DNA of 64,000 bases from a virus (taxonomy: Duplodnaviria; Heunggongvirae; Uroviricota; Caudoviricetes). Location: IMG/VR virus record IMGVR_UViG_3300029998_000014. One strand, 5' to 3'. Shown here piece by piece: positions 1-13,084 of the stretch. Every line of letters starts with the position of its first letter. Position 1 is the stretch's first letter. The notes under the pieces were generated by a model, which saw only the letters and a list, made by a program, of their open reading frames with translations, was not told the origin of the DNA and searched no databases. The translations under genes were made by a program, and so were the position numbers.

Positions 1-1
1 C

Positions 2-772
2 AACATGAAAAAAAGATTGAGTGAATATAAAACATTTCATAATTGTAAAAATCAGAAAAAACTATTTAATGCTATTAAGAAATATGGTTTTAATAATTTT
101 GAACATAGTATATTAGAAGTAATAGATTTCGAATTAAAATCAGAATTACAAGATAGATTGAATGAATTAGAAATTGAATATATTTCAAAATATGATTGTG
201 TAAAAACTGGATATAATATATGTAGTGGTGGAAATCAACATAGATTAGGAGTAAAAGAAACTGAAGAACAAATTCAAAAGAAAAAAGATCGTTGAACTGA
301 TGATATGAAAAAGAATCAATCTGAAAAATTTAAAGGAGAATTAAATCCAAGATTTGGAAGTTCTGAAAAAACTTATTCAAAAAAAGTTAATCAATATGAT
401 AAAACTGGAAAATATATAAAAACTTGAGAAAGTGCTGCAATTATTGAAAGAGAACTAGGTTATAGTGCTAAAAATATAGGTAGTGTTTGTTTAGGAAAGA
501 ATTTAACAACATGTGGGTTTATTTGAAAATTTTATATTGATTCTAAAGATAATATAATTCCAGAAAAAAGCAAAAGAGGAAAACAATCAACTAAAGGAAT
601 TCATACTATTTCTATAATACAATATTCAAAAGATAATATTTTTATTAAGGAATTTGTTAGTATAACTGATGCAGAAAAAGAATTAAATATAAATCATGCT
701 AATATTTCAGCATGTGCTAAAGGTAAAAGAAAAACAGCGGGAGGTTTTATATGAAAATACTTGATGGAATAA
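2..772 (+). CDS. GIY-YIG homing endonuclease with NUMOD1-type C-terminal repeats (5'-truncated by window)
   Basis: LFNAIKKYGFNNF...EIEYISKYDCVKTGYN core. Frame stays open through four TGAs at Trp positions (KT-W-ESA, GFI-W-K twice) to TAA at 770-772. Confidence 0.85.
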
Positions 773-2859
773 CATGAGATTTTGGTCCAGATGATAAAAT
801 TGAATATTTCGATAGTTATAAATCTTTCTTTATGACTAAATATCGCCCTATTAATGATGTTGATGCATTAGACTTTAATCCTGATTGATTTAGAGAAGAT
901 GCAATTAACAAATTAAAAACAGGTAGATATAGTCCATCATCTATACCTATGGGTTCTAAAACTCATAGAGATTGATGGAAAGAAAGAATACGTAGATGTA
1001 ATGAAGGATATGAAGTCAATGGTTATCGTATAACTGGAGATAATTATTTCTTCATTAATTTTTATAACCTTAAATCTTCTGATTCAGAAACAATTAATCA
1101 ATCTTATGGATTTCCTGAGTTTCTTGTTTTTCAATACGAATATTTCCATTACTTGGAAATGTGTGAAAAATTAAAGAAAGATACTTCAGTACTTAAAAGT
1201 CGTGGTATCGGATTCTCGGAAATGGCTTCTAGTTTTATAACTAGACCATATACAACAATTCCTAACTTTCGTTCAGTAGTTTCTACGTTTTCAGAAAAGC
1301 ATTTGAAACCAACACTTGATAAGATATGGATTCAAATGGATTGATTAAATGAAAATACAGAAGGAGCTTTCAAAAGGGTTAGAATGGTAGCAAATTCTAA
1401 GACTCATAAAAGAGCATCTAAGAAAGATAAAGATGGTGGTGAAGCGCCAGACAGTCATAAGTCAGAAGTAGAAGGATTAGTATGTGATGAACCCGATAAG
1501 TTAAGGGGTGATAGAACACAAATTCTAATTTACGAAGAAGCAGGAGCAGATCCTGTTTTGATGAAAAAATGAGTTAAAGGTACTGCATTAATAACAGTAC
1601 TTGGAGGTAAACGCGTTGGTAGAAAGATTGCATTTGGTACAGGTGGATCATCTAAAGCTAGTTCTATGGAAGGACTTAAAAGAATGACAAATGATCCAAC
1701 TGCATATAATATTTTACCTGTTAAACATAATTATACTAGAGATGGTAGATACATATTAAGTGGATTATTTATTCCAGCTTATAGAGTTGTTTATGATTTA
1801 GTTGATAAACGAGGATGATGTAATTTAGAAAAAGCTAAAGATTGGTATGAACAAGAAAGAATTAAATTAGTTAATAGTCCAAAGGATTTACTAGAATTTA
1901 AGTCAGAGTATTGTTTTACTATTGAAGAAGCTCTTATACAACATGCTGATAATTTATTTCCTAGAGAAGAACTTGCAGAACAACTTGCACAAATAGAAAT
2001 TTACAAATCAACTCCTACAATACATTCAGGACATCTTGTATGAAAACGAGATGGAGATGATAGAGCAGATGGGGTTAAATGAAGAGAGGATGCACAAGAT
2101 GGAAAAATCCAAATTATAGAACATCCTTTAATGTCCGAATTAGGGACAGATTATAAAAACTTATACGTAGGTGGAATTGACTCTATTGATATTGGTACTG
2201 CTGATTCAGCAAGTGCTGATGGTAAAGGATCTGAATTTTGTATTGTTATAAAGAAAAGAGTGTTCGGACAATCTGATCCTGTTTATGTAGCAATGTATAA
2301 AGACAGACCTAAAGATCCTAGAGAAGCTTACGATGCAGCAGCAAAACTATTAACTTATTATGGATGTCAAGCTGTATTAGAATCAACAAGAACAGCTATT
2401 ATTACTTATTTTAGAGATAAAAAATATTTACATCTATTAATGAAAAGACCAAGGTCTACAATGCCTGATGTATCTAAAGGTAATAGTCAAATGTATGGAA
2501 CTCCTGCAACAGTTAAAGTTATTCTACATTATCGTGAATTAATATATGATTACATTTTGGATTACTCCCGTACAATGGCGTTTAAAGATATGGTTGATCA
2601 ATTATTAGATTATACGGATGAAGGAAAGAAAGACTTTGATATCGTAGCTGCAATGGGAATGTGTGAACTTGGTGATGAAGAAATGTCAGTTAAACGTCCT
2701 GAAGCAAAAGAAGTAGAAGGTAAAGGATTCCAAAACATAGGTTGGTGAACAGATAATAAAGGTTATAAACATCATGGTATAATACCAGCAAAAGACAATA
2801 GAGATGGACGAGCTAGAATTAGCGCAAGCGATTCGTGATTATATAAAGAGCTGATATAA
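751..2859 (+). CDS. terL: crAss-like terminase large subunit (TGA=Trp, about 702 aa)
   Basis: Joins track ORFs 1153, 1384 and 2131 in one frame. Motifs LKSRGIGFSE (Walker A region), IYEEAG (Walker B), YVGGIDSID (nuclease). About 10 in-frame TGA at Trp-like sites. The start is uncertain. Confidence 0.9.
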
Positions 2860-3076
2860 AGCTGACTATACAGGATTAATAAGAGTTGATAAACTCAATC
2901 CTGGTTATAAGTGTGTTTTAGGTATTCCAAGTTACATGGTGCAAACCTCATTTGCTATAGACTGTGAAACTGACGAAGAATTCTTAAATTATGTATACAC
3001 AGAATTAAGAGTTAGAAATTATGTTAGACAAGAAGTATATAAAGTATATAGAAACTCTGAAACAAGAGAAGAATAA
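2804..3076 (+). CDS. Conserved small crAss-like protein between terL and portal (90 aa)
   Basis: MDELELAQAIRDYIKS-W-YKADY... with one TGA, ending TAA two bases before the portal ATG. Confidence 0.7.
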
Positions 3077-3078
3077 AA

Positions 3079-5274
3079 ATGGATAAACAAATTGACGATA
3101 AAGAAAAAGATATAATGGATAATATAGATAGAGCTATTAATGAATTGGTTTATGAAAAAACCCAAATCATTAAAGCCTATAACTATTATCATGGTAAAAG
3201 AGACCCTGAACAATTCAGACATTTAGAAGAAAATTATGGGATAGGTACTCCTACATCAATTGAATTTGTACCATTAGTTAGAAAACACGTAGATGTTTTA
3301 ATTGGTGAATACTTATCAACGCCAGTTCTTCCTAAAATTTCTTGTAAAGACCATACAACATTATCAAATATTGATAGAGATAAACAATTACACATACATG
3401 ATAACATTGCTAAAGAATTAAATAAGCATTTAAAGAATGCTGTATATAGTTCTACAATAGGATCAGATGCTCCTGATAAACAAATTGAATTAGAACTTCA
3501 AGAATTACATGAATCACTCGATAGAAATTTTATGTCTAACTATGAAATAGCAGGACAAAATATAGTTGATTGAACAATGCAATCTCGAATAATTGATTTT
3601 GAAAATCAAAGAAAAATATTACTAACAGATTTATTAGTTAGTGCGACAGCTTATTATAAAGTATGTCCATCAGTTAGTAAATCAAATGTAAAACTTAGAG
3701 TATTAAATCCAATAAATACATTCATTGATAGAAATCCAGAATCACCTTATCTTAAAGATTCGGCACGTTCTGTAATTAGAGATTATTTAACTAAGGATCA
3801 AATACTTGCAAAGTATGGAGATTCATTAAAACCTGATGATTTAGAATCATTAGATACATTACAAGATTTTGCTAATGATGGATCAGCAACAACTTATCTT
3901 AGAAGTTATGATTCAGTTACAGGAAATACAATGTCAGATGGTATACTTGGGGGATTTGAAATAACTCCTCTATTACCTTATGAAAGAAGTACTTCTAAAT
4001 ATTTTAGAACTTTTCCAGTATATGAAGTTGAATGATTAAAGACTGAAAAAGAAGATGACAAATATATTACTAATCGTTATGAAGGTGTACGTATAGCTAC
4101 TAATATTTATATTACTACAGGTAAATGTGAGGATGTAGTTAGAAGTGTAGATGATAAAACACATTGTACATTAACAGTAAATGGTATGTTCTATTCTGAT
4201 AGAAATGGCGATCCTTTCTCTCTAGTATTAAAGACAGCGAATTTGCAAGACAAATATGACTTGATTAATTTTATGAGAGATAACGTAATATCTGAATCAG
4301 GTACTGCGGGAGATTTAATTGATATAGCTCACTTACCTAAAGTATTAGGTGCAGATTTAGCTGAAAGATTAATGAAATTTAAAGCTTATGGTAAAGCTGG
4401 TATGAAATTATACGATTCTTCACAAGAAGGTCAAATGCTTAATACTGCTATGAATGGATTTGATGATACATTAAAATTTAATACTATACAAGCTTTTGAT
4501 TTAGCGATTCAAAGAATTGAAGATACTTGTTCAATGATTACAGGTGTATTTAAAGAAAAATTAGGTGGAATAGAACAACGAGATGCTGTAACAAATGTTG
4601 CAGTAGGTGTAAGAAATTCTTCTTATATTACTAAACAATACTATCAAATTATGGACTTAATAACAAGAGAAATCTTAATTGATATTCTTAATCTTGCTAA
4701 AATTGTTTATAAGAAAGGAATGAGTGGGTCACTTATATTAGGTGATAGATTAAATAAAATATTTACAGCATTACCTGAACATTATACAACAACTGATTAT
4801 GATATTCATATTGGTGATAGTTCTGAAATTATGAAAGAACAAGAAACTATCAAACAATTAGGAATGGAATTAGTAAAAGGAGGATTGGTTGATCCAGAAA
4901 CATTAATTGAAATTATTACATCGAAAGGTTTAACTAAAATGAAAGAAGATGTTAAGTTATCATTAGCTAAGAAGAAAAAAGAAAATGATCAACTTGGACA
5001 ATTACAACAACAATCCGAACAATTACAACAACAATTAAAACAACTTCAACAAGAAAATTCAAAACTACAAGCTCAGGTTGGTAAAAACAATCAAGAGAAA
5101 ATGGAGATGGATAGAGAAAGATTATCATTCGATAAAGAACTTGGATGGTATGAAGCTAAAAATTTATCAGAATATAATGCTGCTAAATTGGAAGACGATA
5201 AAACAAGAATCAAACTTGAAGGAGCACAATTATTAGATGCTAATCATCGTAATGATGAAGTTAGAAACAGCTAA
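3079..5274 (+). CDS. crAss-like portal protein (731 aa)
   Basis: Joins ORFs 3079, 3577 and 4186 across TGA 3571 and 4033 (PVYEVE-W-L). AYNYYHGKRDPEQFRHLEENYGIGTPTSIEFVPLVRKH N-terminus, C-terminal Gln-rich coiled coil, position after terL. Confidence 0.9.
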
Positions 5275-5284
5275 ACTTATTTAT

Positions 5285-5515
5285 ATGTTTAAAGAACTAA
5301 AACAAAGATGGACCACAGAAAGTCCAGCAATATTTAAAAAAATAACTAATATATCTATTATACTCGGAGGTGCAGCCTTCGGTATATTAGTTATGAATGG
5401 AGTTATAGATTTACAACAATATGGAGTTGCTCCAATTATTTTTAAGGTTTGTGGATACGTGTTAGTAGCATGTGGTGCAATGGGATTAACTTCTAAAATA
5501 ACTAAACAAGACTAA
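5285..5515 (+). CDS. Putative holin (two TM helices)
   Basis: RWTTESPAIFKKI followed by two hydrophobic segments, typical of Bacteroidota phage holin-like proteins. Confidence 0.6.
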   Translation: MFKELKQRWTTESPAIFKKITNISIILGGAAFGILVMNGVIDLQQYGVAPIIFKVCGYVLVACGAMGLTSKITKQD

Positions 5516-5520
5516 TAATC

Positions 5521-6132
5521 ATGATTCAAATAAACTTACTAAGAATTTCACCAGATAGTAAATATCTAGAATTTAGTGTAGAGTGTCCAACAAATTATTT
5601 ATTTAATAAACTATTTATTAAGAAATATGATGCTATACCAATAAATAGTACAGATGATCTTTGAAGAGATGTATCACATCTATTACAAAGAACTTCTACA
5701 AAAGAAATTATGAGAATATCTACTGAGGCTTTAAGTGGATTTCAAATTGAACCTGGTGTTGATGGTAATTTGGCAAGTACATTATTTTATGTGCAATTTG
5801 GAGTAGAGTGAATTGAACCTACACCAGGTAATCCAACATTACCAGTACCACTTATACCAGATGTTATTGGAGTAACATCAGATGTAAATAAAGTATATAT
5901 TCTTTTAAAAGATTACTTACTTAATTTAGATGCAAGATGTATTACAACAAATGATTATCAAACATTAATCAGAAATTATATGTTCTTATATGCTCATTTA
6001 GAAGCCATGAGACTTGAACGATTTGATGATGCTGAAATGTTTTATGATATTATAAAGAAACAATTTATCTCTTGATCACCTTGACTAAGAAGTGATAATT
6101 CAAGAGTATTGAATGATTGTAATTGTAAATAA
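5521..6132 (+). CDS. crAss-like virion structural protein (tail-hub-like), 203 aa
   Basis: Open only with TGA=Trp and absent from the ORF track. MIQINLLRISPDSKYLEFSV start and CNCK end resemble conserved crAss structural proteins. Confidence 0.6.
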
Positions 6133-6133
6133 A

Positions 6134-6862
6134 ATGGAAGAAGTTAAACAATCAATAGTATCAACTACAGTTAAATATTTGAGAAATCTTGAATATTTAG
6201 CTATAGATGATAAAAAATTATCAAATGACATAATGGCTTTAATTGTAGTCGATGAAGTATTTGATTGAGCAAGTTGATCAGGAGAACCTTCAACAGTACA
6301 AGTAAAACTAAAGAAATTTAGAAAAGATATAATTAGAAACAATCCTAAGATTATAGAAGAAATGCAAAGAACTAATGAATTCTATAAAAATGTAAATACA
6401 CCACAAACTATTTATACATGACAACGTGTATACGATAATGTAGATGTAATTACAGTTGATGATCCTAGTGGTATTATTCCAGAACCTTATACACCTCCAT
6501 ATTTCTGAGGTAAAGTTGTAAGTAATACTAAACCAAGTAAAAATCAATCATTGATTAATTCTGGAACTATGGTTTATGGAGATCCAAGTGAAGCATTAAA
6601 CATTCCTTACAACTCTAATAATACAGATTATTTATGGTTTGCAATTCCATCAGATATTCAATCTAAAGCAATATGATATGTTGATAATCAAAATAGTGGA
6701 GATATAGGTGGAACAAGAAATCTATTTGATACTGAAACTATAATGACAATTAGAATTCCAGAAACACTATTAGATAAAAGTTATAAAATATATATGACTA
6801 ATTATTCAACACAAGTAGCTTCATTATATGTAGCAGAATCACTTGGACAAATACCTGCATAA
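6134..6862 (+). CDS. crAss-like virion structural protein (tail-hub-like N-terminus), 242 aa
   Basis: Continuous frame with five TGA codons, ATG one base after the upstream TAA. Confidence 0.6.
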
Positions 6863-6863
6863 T

Positions 6864-8321
6864 ATGGCAATAGATTTTAATGATAACTTACAAATACGAG
6901 CACCAAAATCTATTGATGATAGATACGGTCCTTGAGAAACAATTGAAGAGGGGTTAATTAATGTACCTCGTCCATATAGACATGATAAATTAACTTTAAA
7001 TATTAACGGAGTTGAATATTGATTTAGAAACGGGTTAGAAGATGTTGATTTAATAGTTAAAGAATATGGTAGTGGTGGAGATACAAGTAAATGAGAACAA
7101 TCTACAATGTTAGTCCAAGATGTTAAATATGGAAGACTTTATAATTGATATATTGTAATAGATTCTAGAAGTATAGCACCTAGTGGTTGACATATTCCAA
7201 CTTTATCTGATTTTCAAACATTAAGTAATTTTTTAGGTGGAGATGATGTTTCAGGTGGAAAATTAAAAGAAACAGGAAATACTTATTGAGAAAGTCCAAA
7301 TGTAGATGCTTCTAATAGTGTTAATTTTAATGCTAGAGGTTCAGGAGTAAGAGATACAGATGGTTCATTTTATTTAATAAATAGACATTTGGGTTTTTGA
7401 GCTTATGATGAATATAGTAATTCAGAAGGTAAACTAATTGATATTAGTAATGATAATGCATATGTTTTATTAAGTGTTCCAAGTATAAAAGAAACTGGAA
7501 GATCAATTAGACTTATTAAAGATAATTCAATTAATGAAGGTAGTATTGTAATTGATGGAATTACTTATCATTCAGTAACTATTGGTAATCAAGTTTGATT
7601 ACAACAGAATTTAGCTACAACCCATTATCAAAATGGTGATTTAATTGGTTCTGATTTTAGTGGTACAGAAGGGGCTGTAGCTGCGTACAATAATGATGAA
7701 AATACTGTTTATAATCTTATAAATGGAGAAGATCCTATTCATATTAAACCAAAAGATAATAAAAGAATTAATGCAGATATTATAGATGGGTTGCCAATAA
7801 AAAATCCTGTAATTATTAACTTTACTGAAGCTGGTGTTTTTGATGTTTTAAATACTTATGACATAATAATAACAAATGGTACAAATATTAACTTATGATT
7901 ACCAGTAATAAATGATGTTGTTGACGGAAAACAATTAATATTTAAGAATGAAAATTCTACAAATGTTAGTAATATACTGGTTTTAGATCTTGATGCGCAA
8001 ATTGAAAATTTAGGACATGGAGTACCTTATCAAATTCCACCTAATAGTTCTATAACATTAATAACTAATAGAATTAGTAATAAATGGGATATTATAAGTG
8101 AATATATTCCACCTAAAAATATAATACAAGAAACTCCAACTGGTGCTACAGATTCTGTTAATACTGAATTCGTTTTATCTAAAGAACCAAAAGATATATT
8201 TAACTTACAGGTTTACGAAGATTCGGGTGTATCATACGTTGTTTCTTATTTTGATGCAAATACAATATATTTAATTGATACCCCAGGGTCACATATAACT
8301 TGTAGATATATTCCAAAATAA
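6864..8321 (+). CDS. Virion protein with circularly permuted Fib_succ_major (FISUMP) domain, 485 aa
   Basis: YGRLYN-W...APSG-W-HIPT...GGKLKETG...RSIRLIKD precedes TYHSVTIGNQV-W-LQQNL...YNND. Open only with TGA=Trp. Confidence 0.8.
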
Positions 8322-8343
8322 TTATATATTTTAAAATAAATAA

Positions 8344-11300
8344 ATGATACAAAGCAATATACTATTAACAGATATTGTAATTCCTACAGTAGATAATTTA
8401 ATAGTAACTGATGTACCAGATGAAGTAACAGTTAAAGATAGCGATATTATATCAACTACTTTAACTGTTACTTTATTAAATTCTGAATTCATTCAACATG
8501 AATCTCAGAATAATCCATCATTATTAGATTTGAATACAACAGAATTCAATAATCTTTCAAATGAAATAGTAGTAACACCTACTATACAAAATAATGGGAT
8601 GTTATTAAATACTGATATTCCGGTATACGATAATGCAGTTCCTACAGATTTATCATTGAATACTAATTCACCAAGTAATAATGATGTATTAGGATCATAT
8701 GAATCTGTAAATGCAATCCCAAGTATCACACCAGGATCTGGAAGTTTATTTCCATCCGATCCAACATTACTTCCTCAAATTAATAGTTTGTTTGAATTAT
8801 TACAATACTTATCAGAAGTAATGATGAGATTTAATAGTGACCCAAATTATTATATGCAAGATGATTTTGCAATATTAGTTAAAACGATTACTAATGCTTT
8901 GATTCATTTATATTTAAATGCTCCATTATCTACTGGAGAAGTAGAAGGATTATATGCAGCATTAGGAACTAAAGTTGATAAAATTCTCGGAAAAGGATTA
9001 AGTACTAATGATTTAACAGATGAATTAAAAGCTGCTTATGATTCCGCGTTCTTAGAAACACATTTACATAGTAATAAAGCAGCATTAGATTTAGTAAGTG
9101 GTAAGAATACTGGAGATCAAGATTTATCAGTATTACAACCAAAAGAAACTGGAAAAGGATTATCTACTAATGATTTTACTAATACATATAAAAATAAATT
9201 AGATGGAATTCAAACTGGAGCAGAAGCAAATGTAAATGCTGATTGAAATGCAACTAGTGGAGATACTTTAATATTAAATAAACCTAATATTCCAAGTATA
9301 ACAGGATTAGCAACTGAAACTTATGTTCAAAATTATGCAGAACCTAAAAAAGGAACTGATGATAATTATGTAACTGATTCAGAAAAGACAAATTTACATG
9401 CACCACATAGTGATGATCAAGATCTATCTGGATTAGTTGTAAAAATTCCTGGATATTCTTTAGTATTAAATGTAGATATTGCTAAAATACACGTAGCTCA
9501 TAGTGATGATCAAGATTTAACACCTTATGAAACTATTGCTAATAACAATATTAAATTAGCTACTAAAGAACCAGCTAATGCTAATATACAAGCTCACATT
9601 ACTAATACAAATAATCCTCACTTTACAACTAAAGCACAAATTGGATTAAGTCAAGTAGATAATACTAGAGATATAGACAAACCTATATCAATCTTAACTC
9701 AATTAGCTTTAAATACTAAAGAACCTAATATAACATCAGGATTAATTACTGATTACTGAAGAGGTGATAAAACATTCCAACCTTTAAATAAGGCTGCTGT
9801 AGGTTTAGATAATGTAGATAATACATCAGATTTATTGAAACCAATATCTACTGCTACACAAAGTGCATTAGATTTAAAATTAGATGTATCATTAAAAGGA
9901 GCTAATAATGGATTGGCAGAACTTGATTCAAATGGCTTTGTAAAAAATTCACAATTACCATCTTATGTAGATGATGTATTAGAATATACTTCTATAAGTT
10001 TATTTCCTACAGTTGGAGAATCTGGTAAGATATACATAGACACAACCACTAATTTAACTTATAGATGAGGTGGAACTACTTATGCTATTATCAGCTCATC
10101 TTTAGCTTTAGGAGAAACTTCAGCAACAGCATATAGAGGAGATCGTGGAAAAATTGCTTATGATCATTCACAAATAAATAGCGGTAATCCACATGGATTA
10201 ACTTTATTAGATATTGGAGCTCAAGCTCAATTAAATGGTACTGGTCTAGTTAGAATGTCTGGAACTTCTATTACTTATGATAATACATCATATGTTTCTG
10301 GAACTCCATGAACATCAGTTGGATATTGATACTCAGGTAGCCATCCTACCACAACTAGTGGATATGGTTTACCAGATTATCCTACAACTTTACCAGCTAG
10401 TGATGTTTATTCATGAGCTAAAGCTTCTACAAAACCAAGCTACGCTTATTCAGAAATAACTTCTAAACCTACATTATTATCTCAATTTACTAATGATTTA
10501 GGTAATTATGGTTCATTTGTTACTGGTACTCCTTGGACTGGATATGGATATCTTACTGGTATAACTGGAACTCAAGTTACTACAGCATTAGGATACACTC
10601 CCTATAATTCTACAAATCCTAGTGGTTATATTTCTAGTATAACTAAATCCCAAGTTGAAGGAGTTCTTACTGGACTAATAACTACTCATACACATAACTA
10701 TTTATCTAGTTTTACTGAAACTGACCCTATATTTATTGCATGGAATAAATCTACTGGCATAAGCATTACTAAGTCGCAGGTTAGTGATTTTCCAACTAAT
10801 CTCAGTCAATTTAATAATAATCTTGGTAACTACGGTGGATGGATAACTGGTATCAACTCAGGAATGGTTACTACTGCTTTAGGTTATACTCCACTACCTA
10901 CTAGAACATTCGGTTCAGCAGCCAGTAGTAACACTGGAGACTTTGTATCTTCTAGTGGGACTTTAGGCTCTAGTATAACACTAGGAACAGTATATAATGG
11001 AACTGCTAATCAATCCGTACCTACTAATTTACTAGGAGGTTACTCTAACGGATATGTTTATAATTTTACACAAAATCAAATACAATCTTGGTTAGGTCTA
11101 GGTTCATCGGCTTATACCAACAATAACGACCACATATTAAACCAAAATAGCTCTGCACAATCTGCAAATATGTGGATTAGTGGGGATGTTACAGCGTATG
11201 GAAAAGGCAAATTTGGTGTAACATATCATAGTGTTGAATTAAGAGCATTGGATTCTGATTATGGTAGTGCTATGTACTTATATGCCGATGGTGGAACTGA

Positions 11301-13083
11301 CCAAAGAGTTTATAGAATTGCCAACAAATACAGTGGAAGTGGTACTGATTTAGTAATTGATTATTCTGATGCTAGAGCATACAATACAGAAGCTATTGCA
11401 CATACTTATACAGAAAGATTTAGGTTAAGTAAAACAGGAGCAGTAACTTTTACTTCTACAGTAAATGCAACTCAACTACAATCAACAGTAGCAACTGGAA
11501 CAGCACCATTAACTGTAAATTCTACTACTATGGTGGGGAATTTGAATGCTGAAATGGTAAATGGTTTAAAATACTATGGCGCTGATTTTGCGTCTACGGT
11601 AAGTTATGTAATGGTATACGATGCCCCTAATGCTAGAATGAGTCCTGCTACTAGTACTCAAATTAGAAATTTTATTGGCGTAAATAATATTGCTACACAA
11701 GATTTATCAAGTTTATCAACAAACTACATTCCTAAATGGAATGGGAGTAATTTTGTAAATAGTTTGATAAGTGATGATGGGACAAATGCATCAGCTAGAG
11801 GTGATTATTTTGCTATTAATATACCATCTAATAATTATTCAGGTAAATTAAAATTTGGTTCAGGTTCTTCTTTTGACTATTTTATTAGTAGTGGAGATAA
11901 TTATGGGTCAATGATTTTTAATTCTGTTGGACAGTGGGGAAACAAAGCCTTTACTTTTAATTATGCAACTACTCCCTTATTGACTATTGAAAGTAATGGA
12001 GTAGTAAGTATACCAAACACAACTCAATCACTATCACCATCAACAGGAGCATTAGTTCTTAATGGTGGGATGGGAATTAACGGAAGATTATCATTGCCTA
12101 GCGGTTCAGGTTGGGTAGGAATGTTATCATTTGACCATAATGTATCTAATGGTAGTTCTAGGAAATGGTTCATACATACAGATTATCAGTCTTATGGAGA
12201 TTTTGCAATTACTACTCAATCAACCCAAAGTGCTAATACAGTACCCGATATTGGGAGGTTTTATATTAGCCCTAATGGTAATACTGGGATTGGATATATT
12301 TCTGACCAAGGGTATAAGTTGGCAGTGAATGGTACTTTAATGGCAACTGGAACTGTTAATACTTATGCAGGTGAGGGAATAAAAATGATTGCTGATGCCG
12401 CTTATTTGAGTGGTTATAATTCAGCAAATACAGTTAGACAAGGTTACTTACAGTTTACTGGCAATGCAGTATATATTAGTGCTGAAAGTGGAACAGGTGA
12501 TATTGCTCTAATTAACAAAAGTGCTGTGCTAATTAGAAATGATGTTGGAGGTGAGGCAAGAATACAATTACAAGGTTCACAAGCAGGAGTTAAGCAATAC
12601 TATATTAAAAATTCAATACAAGGAATTTCAAACACTGGATTTTCAATTAGAAATGCTTCCGATGGTACAACTCCATTTTATATTGATGGAAGTGATAATT
12701 CTCATTTCAATGGTAATGTTACTGCTAGTAATTTTATTTCAAATGGAAATGTAATAGCAGCGGGTGAAATAGTAGCTTATAGTGCATCTGATGAACGGTT
12801 AAAAGAAAACATTCAACCATTAAATAATTCTTTGGACGTAATCAATAAATTAAATCCAGTGCAATATAATTGGAATGAAAAAGCTAAAGAATTAAACCCA
12901 AATAAGGATGAAAAAACAGATGTTGGTGTTATTGCTCAGCAATTAAAAGAAGTACTTCCAAACCTAGTACATAACATTTATAACGATGAATTTTTATCAG
13001 TTGATTATATCAAGTTAATACCATATTTAATCGGAGCAATTCAAGAACTAACACAAGAAATAAATACTTTAAAAAATAAATAA
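8344..13083 (+). CDS. Long tail fibre / receptor-binding protein with C-terminal peptidase S74 chaperone (1579 aa; crAss N-terminus + shared module + siphophage C-terminus)
   Basis: One frame through ORFs 8344, 9835 and 10864. Fibre repeats GKGLSTND x2, HSDDQDL x2, VDNTxDxxKPxS x2. Ends SDERLKENI...LNPVQYNWN...IAQ. Confidence 0.85.
10795..12739 (+). repeat. Direct repeat copy 1 (1,945 bp, tail-fibre segment)
   Basis: Matches 39456-41400 at offset 28,661. The track gives identical small ORFs at 12131/40792 and near-identical ones at 12539/41200. Sequences diverge just outside both ends. Confidence 0.97.
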
Positions 13084-13084
13084 T

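Noticed and set aside
2-772. Group I intron splitting the terminase
   Set aside because: A usable ATG at 751 overlaps the endonuclease end and no intron core is visible. An upstream exon outside the window cannot be excluded.
751-9246. Apparent pseudogenes or fragmented terminase, portal and fibre genes in the ORF track
   Set aside because: The fragments are in one frame and separated only by TGA at Trp positions, so this is recoding rather than decay.
12131-12754. Short alternative-frame ORFs inside the fibre genes (also 40792-41421)
   Set aside because: They lie out of frame within a long coding region and are duplicated only because of the repeat.
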